A stretch of DNA of 42,618 nt from Candidatus Eiseniibacteriota bacterium (lineage in GTDB: Bacteria > Eisenbacteria > RBG-16-71-46 > SZUA-252): positions 1 to 42,618 of the forward strand of contig DASTSZ010000119.1 of assembly GCA_035760425.1 (NCBI GenBank), in the 5' to 3' direction. The translations under genes were made by a program, and so were the position numbers. Shown here in pieces: positions 8,256 through 16,888 of the stretch; within the stretch, counting starts at the first letter, position 1; each line of letters starts with the position of its first letter. A model generated the notes under the pieces. It was not told where the DNA came from. It worked only from the letters and a program-made list of their open reading frames with translations, and searched no databases.

Positions 8256-8897
8256 ATGAACTCCGCCATCGCCGCGCTCCTCCCCGAGGACGTCCGCGAA
8301 CGGTTGCGCGCCGCCAAGGCGGCGTGGCAGGACGCCCGCGACTGGAACGTCTACCGGCGCGCGCCGACCACTCCGCCGCCTCACGTCGTGAAGGTTCGCG
8401 CCGTGCTCGATCATGCCCGCCGGCACGGCCTCGACGTCTTGATCGAGACCGGCACGTTCGAGGGGGAGATGGCGCGGAAATGCCGGGAGTCGTTCCGGGA
8501 GATCCACACCATCGAACTCGACCCCGCGCTGGCCGAAGCGGCGGCGCGACGTCTCGGGCCCTGGGAATGGATCCACGTCCACACGGGCGACAGCGCGGCG
8601 ATCCTTCCGTCGCTCCTCGCGCGCATCGAGTCCCCGGCCCTCTTCTGGCTCGACGGCCACTATTCGGGGGAAGGGACGGCGCACGGCGCGAAGGAAACGC
8701 CGCTCGACGAGGAGATCGCCGCCATCGCGGCGCGAGCCCGCGCGGGCGACGTCGTGCTCGTCGACGACGCGCGCCTGCTCGGACAGGGCGCCTATCCGAC
8801 CGCCGAGGCGCTCCAGGCGCGTCTCGCCCCCGCGCACCCGGGCTACCGCCTCACCCTTGCCGACGACATTCTCCGCTGGGAGCCGGCCGGCCCGTAG
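8256..8897 (+). CDS. class I SAM-dependent methyltransferase-like protein
   Basis: It has a motif-I-like VLIETGTFEGEMA, then EIHTIELD, then FWLDGHY. The size and order of blocks fit the Methyltransf_24/TylF-like fold. The family assignment is tentative. Confidence 0.7.
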   Translation: MNSAIAALLPEDVRERLRAAKAAWQDARDWNVYRRAPTTPPPHVVKVRAVLDHARRHGLDVLIETGTFEGEMARKCRESFREIHTIELDPALAEAAARRLGPWEWIHVHTGDSAAILPSLLARIESPALFWLDGHYSGEGTAHGAKETPLDEEIAAIAARARAGDVVLVDDARLLGQGAYPTAEALQARLAPAHPGYRLTLADDILRWEPAGP

Positions 8898-8959
8898 CGC
8901 CGCGACCGCGACCGCCCCGCCGATCCCATCCACCGCGCCCACCCGAAGGAGAGACCGAT

Positions 8960-9442
8960 ATGATCAGTTCGACGCTCACGAAGCTCTTCGAGATCAACGT
9001 CCACACGATGCGCGTCAACACGGAAGGGATCACCGACGACGAGGCGCTCATTCAGCCGGAGCCGGGCGGCAACTGCATGAACTGGGTGATCGGGCACATC
9101 CTCTCCTCGCGCGAGGGAATGCTCCGCCTCCTCGGCGAGCCGACGGTCCTCTCGCCCGAGATCGCCGAGCGCTACAAGCGGGGGAGCGCGCCGATCACGA
9201 AGGCGAGCGCCGCGAAGGGGGACGGGCTGCCCTTCTCGAAGTTGATGGAGGCCCTGACGACGTCGCAGGAGCGGCTCCTTCGGGGAATCTCGAAGGCGGA
9301 CGACGCCAAGTGGAGCGAAAACGTGCCGAACTTCGGCACCGCGCGCGAGGCGGTCCACTTCCTTCACTTCCACGAGGCGTATCACGCCGGGCAGATCGCG
9401 ATTCTGCGGCGCATGGCGGGGAAGAAGGGCGCGATTCAGTAG
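8960..9442 (+). CDS. DinB-family (DinB_2) protein
   Basis: The ATG at 8960 is preceded by GAAGGAGAG. The protein has WVIGHIL.. and a C-terminal HFHEAYHAGQIAILRR, typical of the DinB four-helix-bundle His triad. It forms the tail of track ORF 8324..9442. Confidence 0.85.
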   Translation: MISSTLTKLFEINVHTMRVNTEGITDDEALIQPEPGGNCMNWVIGHILSSREGMLRLLGEPTVLSPEIAERYKRGSAPITKASAAKGDGLPFSKLMEALTTSQERLLRGISKADDAKWSENVPNFGTAREAVHFLHFHEAYHAGQIAILRRMAGKKGAIQ

Positions 9443-9450
9443 CGGAGACG

Positions 9451-9481
9451 GCGCGCCGCGGCGATCGAGACCGCGGCGCGC
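9451..9481. terminator. bidirectional terminator hairpin between convergent genes
   Basis: GCGCGCCGCGG-cgatcgaga-CCGCGGCGCGC forms an 11-bp perfect stem. It lies between stops 9442 (+) and 9499 (-). Confidence 0.5.
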
Positions 9482-9498
9482 GCCCGACTCCCGCGGCG

Positions 9499-10431
9499 TC
9501 AGCCGTCGCGCCGCGCGGGGGAGTAGTAGAGGTCGTACTCGACGGTCCAGGTCTTCCCGCCGTCCGGCGTCATTTCGCCCATCTGGCGGACGCGCCCGTC
9601 GGGGAGCGGCGTGAAGGTCATCTTCACCGGGACCTTCTGTCCCGTCTTCGAGACCCGCTCGCCCGTGAATCGCATCGCGCCGTCCGTGAAATTCCCCTCG
9701 AAGCGCGTGACCTGCGTGTTCGCGTCGACCCAGATCTGATTCCACTGCTTCTTGTCGAAATCGTAGAAGTTGAGGCTCTGCCCCGAGCCCCCCTGCGTGT
9801 CCTTCCAATTCTCGATGAGCACGCACTTCCCGGCGCCCGTCTTGATCTCGTTCGTGCCCGCGAGATCGCCCGTGGCCGTGCGAACGTCCCACGCGCCGAC
9901 CCAGAAATCGAATTGCCGCGATTCCGGCGCGAACGCGCAGGGCGTGGCCGCGCGCTGCATCTTCTCGACGAGCGCGGCATAGCGCGCGTCGCCCCGGATG
10001 GCCGCGAGGTCGGGATCGGACGCGATCGCGTCGGGCTGGCTATACCCGGCGCCGGCCGCGCGCTCGAGCCAGGCGATCGAGCTGTCGGGCGCGCCCGACG
10101 CCGCGAAGGCGCACGCGAGGTTGTACATGGCGAAGGGACTGTGATTGATCGACTCGGCCGTGCGGTACGCGGGGATCGCTTTGTCGTACATCTTCATGTT
10201 CTGGTAGGAGACGCCGAGGCGATACCACGCGCGGCCGTTCTTCGGCTCCGCCTTCACCACCTCGGCGAACGCCGCCGCGGACGCCTCCCATTCCTTGGCG
10301 AGGTAGTGCTTGCTCGCGTCCTCGAAGGTCGTCGCGGGCTTGGAGGGTTTGGCCGCGAGCGCGTGGGAGGGTGTGAAGAGATGCGCGCCGACGGCGAGGG
10401 CAACGAGCGTGAAAAGGCGTGCGCGATTCAT
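9499..10431 (-). CDS. secreted TPR-repeat protein with a C-terminal DUF1579-like beta domain
   Basis: The start is at MNRARLFTLVALAVGAHL.. (ATG 10431, signal peptide). It has TPR-like AWYRLGVSYQNMKMYDKAIPAY and a C-terminal FDFWVGAWDV.. block. Confidence 0.78.
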   Translation of the reverse strand: MNRARLFTLVALAVGAHLFTPSHALAAKPSKPATTFEDASKHYLAKEWEASAAAFAEVVKAEPKNGRAWYRLGVSYQNMKMYDKAIPAYRTAESINHSPFAMYNLACAFAASGAPDSSIAWLERAAGAGYSQPDAIASDPDLAAIRGDARYAALVEKMQRAATPCAFAPESRQFDFWVGAWDVRTATGDLAGTNEIKTGAGKCVLIENWKDTQGGSGQSLNFYDFDKKQWNQIWVDANTQVTRFEGNFTDGAMRFTGERVSKTGQKVPVKMTFTPLPDGRVRQMGEMTPDGGKTWTVEYDLYYSPARRDG

Positions 10432-10518
10432 GCGATCGGGTGAACTCGTCACGGGGGTCCTTTCGGGCAAACGGCAGGCGCGTTTGGAGCGGGGGGGTGC
10501 CGACATCCTACACCAGAC

Positions 10519-10534
10519 TGGCACGGGCTCTGCA
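10519..10534 (+). promoter_or_regulatory. candidate sigma-54 -24/-12 promoter upstream of the 10625 lipoprotein gene
   Basis: The sequence TGGCACgggctcTGCA fits TGGCAC-N5-TTGCA with one deviation. It lies about 90 nt upstream of the ATG. Confidence 0.55.
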
Positions 10535-10624
10535 GTACCTAGTCACCACTGACCGCGCGGGCCTCTCGGGGGTCCCGTCGCGCTTCCCGGTGTCGTTTCA
10601 CAACATATTGTCAGAGAGGGAGTT

Positions 10625-11560
10625 ATGAAGACCTTGCGCCACACATCCTACCTCTTGGCGGCTCTTGCCGCATTCCTCGTCGTGAGCTGTTCCGACAATC
10701 CTGTGAACCCAAAGGCACAGTCCGGGAGCGACGAGGCCGCGATCACGGGCAGCCTCACGGCGGCGCCGGAGTTCCTGAACGACGGGCTCTTCGAGACCTC
10801 GACGACCACGAATCTGGCCCCCTCCCGGCGCGGCGCGCTGGCGGCGCCCGGCGCCGCCGGCACGGCCATCGACCCGTTCCACTTCTGGCGTTCGATCACG
10901 CACCGCTCGACCCTCTTCGAGTTCGCCTTCTCGGACTCCGACTCGACCGGACATCCGACCACCGCCGTCGTCACGCTACGGCGCACCCTGACCGGGTCGT
11001 TCAACATCGCGCCGCGCGATCCGTCGAATCCGACGCAGCCCGATCCGAGTCTCGTCATCCACAAGCCGCTCGAGGATCGCTGGGTTCGCCGCTTCCTCAT
11101 GAAGCGTGTCTCGCTCACGCCGGGATCGCGGCCCTTCTGGCGTCTCGCCGCCGCCTCGGGCGTCGAGGTGACCTCGAAGGACGCCACGACGCTGATCACG
11201 AGCGTGCGCGTGCAGAGCGCGTCGAAGGACACCACCCTCACCGATCCGATGGCGTTCATCCATCTCCGGCGCGTTCTTCGCTTCGCGACCGATGACACCG
11301 TGACCGTGACCGTCACGACGCCGCGAACCGACGACGTCGTGCTCCTCTACGCGCACCTACGGCGCGCCCCCTTCACGAACAACGGCGACGGCACCTACAC
11401 GGCGAAGTTCGCCGCGGGGGCCTTCACGGGCTTTCGCCACTTCGGCGTGAACGCGCTGACTCGCGGCACGCTCTACGACGACACGGCGGCCTACGATTCG
11501 AAGGCGTGGATCTTCCCGTACGTGTTGGTGGGTGGACCCGACGTGGACTATTGGCCGTAG
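10625..11560 (+). CDS. hypothetical lipoprotein
   Basis: It has a lipobox (AAFLVVSC) and GAGAGGGAG just upstream of the ATG. Third-position GC is high. I recognise no family. Confidence 0.75.
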   Translation: MKTLRHTSYLLAALAAFLVVSCSDNPVNPKAQSGSDEAAITGSLTAAPEFLNDGLFETSTTTNLAPSRRGALAAPGAAGTAIDPFHFWRSITHRSTLFEFAFSDSDSTGHPTTAVVTLRRTLTGSFNIAPRDPSNPTQPDPSLVIHKPLEDRWVRRFLMKRVSLTPGSRPFWRLAAASGVEVTSKDATTLITSVRVQSASKDTTLTDPMAFIHLRRVLRFATDDTVTVTVTTPRTDDVVLLYAHLRRAPFTNNGDGTYTAKFAAGAFTGFRHFGVNALTRGTLYDDTAAYDSKAWIFPYVLVGGPDVDYWP

Positions 11561-11951
11561 CGTCGAGCGCCGGGCGTAGAGGATCGCGAGGGCCGGAGCG
11601 ACGCGAGACGGCGGGCAGGCAAAAATGGTGGCAGCCGGGGGCCCCGCCGACGTCGTGACGCGGAGAGAACCGGCCTCGAAGGTACATGGTGGAGCCACGG
11701 GCTTGTCCGCGCGTTGTCGCGGGGCGAGCAGCTCCTCGAGACGTTCGCTAGGTACGGTTCCTCGGCAACTTCACGACCGCCGCAGGGAATCATCCCGGCT
11801 GCCGATGATTCCGGTCCATTACACTGCTCTTCCCTCCCCCGGGCGTTGGACCGACACCCGGGTCCCACGGATACGGCTCGCACACTTCGTGCCGCGCGGG
11901 TCTCGAAAGGAAAGGGCTCGAACCGCGTGGCGGAGGCTCGGTTGCGGAACG

Positions 11952-11990
11952 AGGCCCCCCGCGAGCGGCGATCGCGCGCGCGAGGGGCCT
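11952..11990 (-). terminator. long GC hairpin ~50 nt downstream of the TPR gene stop
   Basis: AGGCCCC..CGCGAGCG-gcgat-CGCGCGCG.GGGGCCT forms a stem of about 15 bp with one mismatch and one bulge. Confidence 0.4.
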
Positions 11991-12039
11991 GACAGCGTGG
12001 CAGAAGCGGACCGCCGGTGGCAGTCCGCGGATGCGGCGG

Positions 12040-13704
12040 CTAGAACCTGGAAGTCTTGAGCGTCACGTCCGCCGCCGCCCAGGTCTTCTTGAATCGCGCC
12101 TCGACCGCGTCGGCGTCGGCCTGCTTCCCCTGCGCCCGGAGCGCGTCGGCCAGTCCGCGCAGCGACCATCCGTTCTCCGGGAAGCGCTTCAAGTCCTCGC
12201 GATAGACCGCCTCCGCCTCCGCGCCGCGTCCCGCGGCGAGAAGCACGGCGCCGAGCGACTGGCGCGCAGTCATGTTCCACTGCGGCGGCTCGTCGTACTG
12301 AAGCGAGTCCTGCATCCCCGCCGCGCGACCCAGCGTCGCGATCGCCTCGTCCGTTCGTCCCGCGCGCGCCGCGATTTCGCCGTCGAGGAACGTGAGGGCG
12401 AACTTCATGAGCGTCGGACCCGTCGCGATTCCCCAGTAGAGCCCCTCGGCGTTCGCCGCGATCACGGCGAGGCTCTCCCGCTCGGCGGCGGCTTCGGCCG
12501 GCCGGCCGGTGGCGGCGTACGCGAGCCCGCGCGCGAAACGCCACGCGCCCGACGTCAGCCGAAGCGCCGGGGGAGGACCCGCCTCCGCCAAGATCTCCTC
12601 CCACTTGCCGAACCGCGGCAGCGTGAGGAAGGGCGAGCCGGTGAAGAGTTCCATCGGCTGCATCTGCGCCGCCGTCTCGAACGGCGCGCGTTCCCGCAGG
12701 AGGCGCGCGGCCGCGAGGGCCTCCGCGCTTCGTCCCATCGAGCAAAGCGCCGACCACCGCATGTGGATGTTGTGATTCGCGTACATCATCGGGTAGACGC
12801 CTTCGACCTTGTACCGATCGATGTACGCGCGGTCGACGTCGATGGCGCGCTGATTCTCCGCCGCGCCCTCCTCGTAGCGGCCGACGCGGAGATAGATGTG
12901 CGTCGGCATGTGGATGAGGTGGCCCGCCTCGGGCGAGAGTTTCCGGAGCCGGTCGGCGGCGGCCTCGGCGCGTTGCGGGTAGGGCGACGCCTCGAGCGCG
13001 TGGATGTAGAGATGGAGCGCCCCGATGTGATTCGGCGCTCGCTTCATCGCGCTCTCGATCCGGGAGACGAACTCGGTGACCCCCGGCTTCGCCTCTCCCC
13101 CGGGGGTCCAGAAGTCCCACGGCCGGAGATCCATCAACGCCTCGGCGCAGAGCGTCGCGGCGTCGACGTCCGACGGGTACTTCTTCGCGAGCGCGCGCAT
13201 GGCGTCGGCGTAGGCGGAGTCGCGGCCCGCGCGGTTCTCGCCCGCCGGCATCCCGTAGCGCTTGCCGAGGGCCGCCACGTAGTCTCGCTCCGCGCGCGGC
13301 GCCTTGGCCAACCGCGCGCGCGCCTTCGCGAGCGCCTCGAGCGCGCGCTCCTCCGCCTCGGGCGACATCGGCATGTTGATGTTCGGCCCCAGCGCGAGCG
13401 CGACGCCCCACCACGGCATGGGGGACGTCGAGTCGGCGCGCGCCGCGGCCTCGAAGGAGCGAATCGCTTCGTCGTGATTGAACGCGAAGCAGAGCCCGAG
13501 GCCCTGGTCGAAGAGGCGCTGCGCGGCGGCGGACCGGGTGGCGATCTTGTGGTGGATCGCGACGCCGCGGAAGACGGGGACGTCGCCGGCGGCGGCGCGG
13601 TCGGTGTCGCCGCCGTGGGAGTGCTGCGCGGCGACGGGCGCCGCGGAAATTCCGAGTGCGGCGAACGCCAGCGCTCCCGCCGCGATGATCCGAACACGCT
13701 TCAT
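12040..13704 (-). CDS. secreted TPR-like repeat protein
   Basis: The ATG at 13704 is preceded by AAGGAGG. It has a signal peptide (MKRVRIIAAGALAFAALGISAAPVAAQ). All-helical repeats run throughout (..EAIRSFEAAARAD.., ..EAEAVYREDLKRFPENGWSLRGLADAL..). Confidence 0.85.
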   Translation of the reverse strand: MKRVRIIAAGALAFAALGISAAPVAAQHSHGGDTDRAAAGDVPVFRGVAIHHKIATRSAAAQRLFDQGLGLCFAFNHDEAIRSFEAAARADSTSPMPWWGVALALGPNINMPMSPEAEERALEALAKARARLAKAPRAERDYVAALGKRYGMPAGENRAGRDSAYADAMRALAKKYPSDVDAATLCAEALMDLRPWDFWTPGGEAKPGVTEFVSRIESAMKRAPNHIGALHLYIHALEASPYPQRAEAAADRLRKLSPEAGHLIHMPTHIYLRVGRYEEGAAENQRAIDVDRAYIDRYKVEGVYPMMYANHNIHMRWSALCSMGRSAEALAAARLLRERAPFETAAQMQPMELFTGSPFLTLPRFGKWEEILAEAGPPPALRLTSGAWRFARGLAYAATGRPAEAAAERESLAVIAANAEGLYWGIATGPTLMKFALTFLDGEIAARAGRTDEAIATLGRAAGMQDSLQYDEPPQWNMTARQSLGAVLLAAGRGAEAEAVYREDLKRFPENGWSLRGLADALRAQGKQADADAVEARFKKTWAAADVTLKTSRF

Positions 13705-13805
13705 GGGGTGAACCTCCTTTCGGAATGGGCAGCCTAGCAGGGGCGCCGACGATCCGCTATAGTGGCCCCGCCTCGATTTCATGTCCAAGGAGGAGCCCCG
13801 GTTCC

Positions 13806-14726
13806 GTGTCGCTCGCCCGATCGTTCATCACGTGGCTCTCCAATCGCCGGGCCTTCACGCGCGCCATCGCCGGCACCGGCATGCGCCTCGGCTTCGCTCG
13901 CCGCTTCATCGCGGGGGAGACGCTGGAGGACGCACTCCGGGCCACCGCCGACCTGAACTCGAAGGGCCTCCTCGTCATCCTGAACCAGCTCGGCGAGCAC
14001 GTCGCCGACCGCGCGGCGGCGGAAGCCTCGTTCGTCTCCTATCAGCGGATTCTCCGCGAGATCGCCGATCGCAAATTGAACGCCTTCGTTACGGTGAAGC
14101 CGAGCCAGTTGGGACTGGGAATCGATCCGGCCCTCTGCCTCGACCTCACGCGCCGGCTCGTGGCCGACGCGGCCGCCCGCGGGAATTTCTTCGAGATCGA
14201 CATGGAGGACTCCCCGACGGTCGATGCGACGCTGGCGCTCTACGAGGGCGTCCGGCGCGACCACGCGAACGTGGGGCTCGCCGTGCAGGCCTATCTCTTC
14301 CGCACCGAGGCGGATCTCAAGCGCCTCCAGCACCTCCGCCCGAAGATCCGCTTGGTGAAGGGCGCCTACCTCGAGCCGCCGAACGTCGCGTTCGCGGCGA
14401 AGAGCGACGTCGACGCCAACTTCGTCAAATTGATGCGCCTTCTCTTCGCCGACGGATTCACCCCCGCCATCGGAAGCCACGACGAGCGGATGATCGCGGA
14501 GGCGCGCGCCCTCGCCGCCGAATTCAAGCGCTCGCCCGACAGCTGGGAGGTGCAGATGCTCCACGGCATCCGGCGCGACCTCCAGGATCAACTCGTGCGC
14601 GACGGCTACCGGATGCGCGTCTACGTCACCTACGGCACCGAATGGGTGCCCTATTTCATGCGCCGCCTGGCGGAGCGCCCCGCGAACCTAGGGTTCGTCC
14701 TGAAGAGCATCCTCCGGGGCCGCTGA
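13806..14726 (+). CDS. proline dehydrogenase (monofunctional PutA-type)
   Basis: It has RFIAGETLEDAL, VKPSQLG, IRLVKGAYLEP, GSHDERM, QMLHGIR and YVTYG..WVPYFMRRLAERPANL. The GTG at 13806 lies 10 nt after AAGGAGGAG. Track ORF 13725..14726 starts further upstream. Confidence 0.9.
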   Translation: MSLARSFITWLSNRRAFTRAIAGTGMRLGFARRFIAGETLEDALRATADLNSKGLLVILNQLGEHVADRAAAEASFVSYQRILREIADRKLNAFVTVKPSQLGLGIDPALCLDLTRRLVADAAARGNFFEIDMEDSPTVDATLALYEGVRRDHANVGLAVQAYLFRTEADLKRLQHLRPKIRLVKGAYLEPPNVAFAAKSDVDANFVKLMRLLFADGFTPAIGSHDERMIAEARALAAEFKRSPDSWEVQMLHGIRRDLQDQLVRDGYRMRVYVTYGTEWVPYFMRRLAERPANLGFVLKSILRGR

Positions 14727-14742
14727 GAGGGGGTTTCGAATC

Positions 14743-15201
14743 ATGGCCGAAGCGAAGCGAATCGCGGAACAGCACCGCCGGGCCTATCACGGCGAGGCGT
14801 GGCACGGCCCCTCCGTCTTCGAGGCGCTCGAGGGCGTGAGCGCCGCCGCGGCGGCGAGGCACCCCATCGCGGGCGCGCACTCCATTTGGGAGTTGGTGCA
14901 CCACCTCACGTCGTGGGAACGGATCGTCCGCTCGCGCGTGGAGGGGAACCCGATCGACGCGACCGCCGACCTCGACTGGCCGGCCGTTCCCGCGCCCACC
15001 GCGAAGGCCTGGCGCGAGGCGCGCGCCGCGCTCGAGGCGGAGTCCGACGCGCTTCGGAAGTCGATCGGCCGGCTCACCGACAGGAAGCTCCAGACGAAGC
15101 GACCCGGCACGAGCGGGACCTACTACGAACTCGTGCACGGGCAGATCCAGCACGCCCTCTATCACGCCGGCCAGATGGTCCTGCTCGCGAAGGGGCGCTG
15201 A
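14743..15201 (+). CDS. DinB-family protein
   Basis: It has AHSIWELVHHL.. and a C-terminal HALYHAGQMVLL. It lies 16 nt downstream of the proline dehydrogenase gene, with GAGAGGGGG before the ATG. Confidence 0.85.
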   Translation: MAEAKRIAEQHRRAYHGEAWHGPSVFEALEGVSAAAAARHPIAGAHSIWELVHHLTSWERIVRSRVEGNPIDATADLDWPAVPAPTAKAWREARAALEAESDALRKSIGRLTDRKLQTKRPGTSGTYYELVHGQIQHALYHAGQMVLLAKGR

Positions 15202-15210
15202 TCTAAGTCC

Positions 15211-15239
15211 TTGCAATCAAAGGGCATTTCGGGTATCAT
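15211..15239 (+). promoter_or_regulatory. sigma-70-like promoter TTGCAA-N17-TATCAT
   Basis: It has canonical spacing and lies about 42 nt upstream of ATG 15282. Confidence 0.4.
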
Positions 15240-15281
15240 GGGCGGGTCGCCGTGGAGGTCGGACCAGCCTAACGAGAGCCC

Positions 15282-16151
15282 ATGAAGAACGCCAACGTCA
15301 CGACGACCACCCCCCAGCACATCCTCGCGCTCCACTGGATCCTCCGAATCGCCTTCGTCATGGATTTCATCGGCCATGGCACGTACGGCTTCCTCCAGAA
15401 GGCGAGCTTCACGAAGTACCTCGGCGCCGTCGGCGTGCCGCCGGAGATCGGCATCCACTGGCTCCCGGCGATCGGCGTGCACGACTACATCCTCGCGATC
15501 GGTGTCCTGTTCGCCCCGACGCGCGCGTTCCTGCTCTGGGGCGCCATCTGGGGGCTCTGGACGGCGCTCCTTCGCCCCATCACAGGCGAATCGTGGTGGG
15601 AGGTGCTCGATCGCGGCGGCAACTACGGCATGCCGTTCGCGCTCTTCCTGCTGGCGGGATTCCCGCGGACGATGGGGGATTGGTTCACGCGGGTCCGCAG
15701 CTGGTCGCTGCCGCCTTCGCGCGTCGCCGCCTTCGCCTGGACCCTTCGCATCGCGACGGGGTTTCTTCTGATCGGACACGGCGGCTACGGAGCGTTCGCG
15801 CCGAAGCCGGTCCTGCTCGAGCATTGGGCTTCGATCGGCGTGGGGGCCGACGTCTTCGGGCCGGGGAAACTCCTGCCGGTCATCGGCTGGTTCGAGATCG
15901 CGCTGGGCGCCTCCGTCCTGATACGCCCGCTGCCCGCGCTGCTCTACTTCGTCACCGCCTGGAAGATCGGTACGGAGATGCTCTTCCCGATCAGCGGACG
16001 TCCGCCGCTTCAGCCGATCTTCGAGTTCATCGAGCGAGGGGGCGCCTACGCCTGCCCCTTGGCGCTCGCCCTGTTGCTCCATTGGCGCCCCCGAAGCGCG
16101 CTCGCCACGCCGGCTTCCGGGACGGCCACACCGCAAGGGAGTCGCGCGTGA
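15282..16151 (+). CDS. integral membrane protein with an internal duplication (unknown family)
   Basis: Two related halves begin LRIAFVMDFIGHGTYGF.. and LRIATGFLLIGHGGYGAF.., with about 8 TM segments overall. A TTGCAA-N17-TATCAT promoter-like element lies upstream. Confidence 0.75.
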   Translation: MKNANVTTTTPQHILALHWILRIAFVMDFIGHGTYGFLQKASFTKYLGAVGVPPEIGIHWLPAIGVHDYILAIGVLFAPTRAFLLWGAIWGLWTALLRPITGESWWEVLDRGGNYGMPFALFLLAGFPRTMGDWFTRVRSWSLPPSRVAAFAWTLRIATGFLLIGHGGYGAFAPKPVLLEHWASIGVGADVFGPGKLLPVIGWFEIALGASVLIRPLPALLYFVTAWKIGTEMLFPISGRPPLQPIFEFIERGGAYACPLALALLLHWRPRSALATPASGTATPQGSRA

Positions 16152-16888
16152 TTCGCTTCCATGGCCGCAGCGCCGTCCTCGTGCCGACCCTTTCGCTCGT
16201 GATTCTCGCGTGCGCGGGACCGGCCCACCGCGCGGTCGCGGAGTCGCCCGCCGCGAAGCCGTCCGCCGCTCCGGCCGTCTCCGCCGCCAAAGCGGAGAGC
16301 ACGGCGGTCCGGCCCGACAGCGTCCTCGCAAAGCCGTATCCCGTCGAGGTGCCGACGCCGCCCGACTCGATCCTCGTCTCGCTGCTGCGGCAGGGGAATT
16401 TCGTCCTGCTCGTCCGGCACGCCGCGACCGACTGGGGCCAGCGCGACGCCGACATCGTGAACTTCGGCGATCGCGCCGCGCAGCGGAACTTGAGCGAGGT
16501 GGGTCGCGCGCAGGCCGACTCGATCGGCAAGGCGTCGAAGGCGCTGGGGTTGAAGATCGGCGCGGTCTACGCGAGCCCGATGTACCGTTGTCGCGACACC
16601 GCGGAGATCGCCTTCGGGCGCGCCGACACGACGATCGATCTCTTCGTGAAGTCGAAGTCGAGCCGCGACCAGCGCGTGAAGTGGCTCAGCACGCCGCTCG
16701 CCGACGGCGCGCTCCTCGTGCTCGTCTCGCATCAGGATCCCTACATCCCGCTCTTCCGATTCCAGCGCGATCAGCTGAAGGAGGGCGACGCGCTCCTCAT
16801 TCGTCCGGACGGCAGCGACAAGTGGACGATTCTGGCGCAGCTCTCGCCGAAGGACTGGGCGCGGCTCGCGTCGAGGTACGGCCGGTGA
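16148..16888 (+). CDS. exported histidine phosphatase-family protein (phosphoglycerate mutase-like)
   Basis: The GTG at 16148 overlaps the upstream stop (GTGA). It has a lipobox-like LVILAC, an RHG-type motif LLVRHAATDW, and a second His motif LVLVSHQD. Confidence 0.8.
   Translation: MIRFHGRSAVLVPTLSLVILACAGPAHRAVAESPAAKPSAAPAVSAAKAESTAVRPDSVLAKPYPVEVPTPPDSILVSLLRQGNFVLLVRHAATDWGQRDADIVNFGDRAAQRNLSEVGRAQADSIGKASKALGLKIGAVYASPMYRCRDTAEIAFGRADTTIDLFVKSKSSRDQRVKWLSTPLADGALLVLVSHQDPYIPLFRFQRDQLKEGDALLIRPDGSDKWTILAQLSPKDWARLASRYGR

Noticed and set aside
7770-8942. The full-length 390-aa ORF was considered as the membrane-protein gene. Likewise the full-length track ORFs 8324..9442, 15593..16888, 16210..17370, 21609..23030 and 21848..23641 were considered.
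   Set aside because: In each case only the C-terminal part has protein-like composition and motifs, with an ATG/GTG next to an SD or a 4-nt overlap. The upstream parts overlap other well-supported genes.
11625-11765. A possible tRNA or tmRNA was suggested by minus-strand ..GGCTGCCACCA and ..GTGGCTCCACCA ends and a GGTTCGAGCC T-loop-like string at ~11916-11925.
   Set aside because: No 7-bp acceptor stem partner (GGAGCCA) lies at the right distance. The 17 nt preceding the putative acceptor strand cannot form a 5-bp T stem with a 7-nt loop. The GGTTCGAGCC string is flanked by non-complementary arms. No tmRNA 5' GGGG..TTCGACG or tag-ORF (..LAA stop) is present.
11561-12039. RNase P RNA or SRP RNA was considered for the structured convergent gap.
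   Set aside because: The universally conserved strings I know are absent on both strands: GAGGAAAGTCCGGGC and ACAGAACCCGGCTTA for RNase P, and GGTCCGGAAGGAAGCAGCC-type for SRP domain IV. GGAAAGGGCTCG at ~11909 is only a superficial resemblance.
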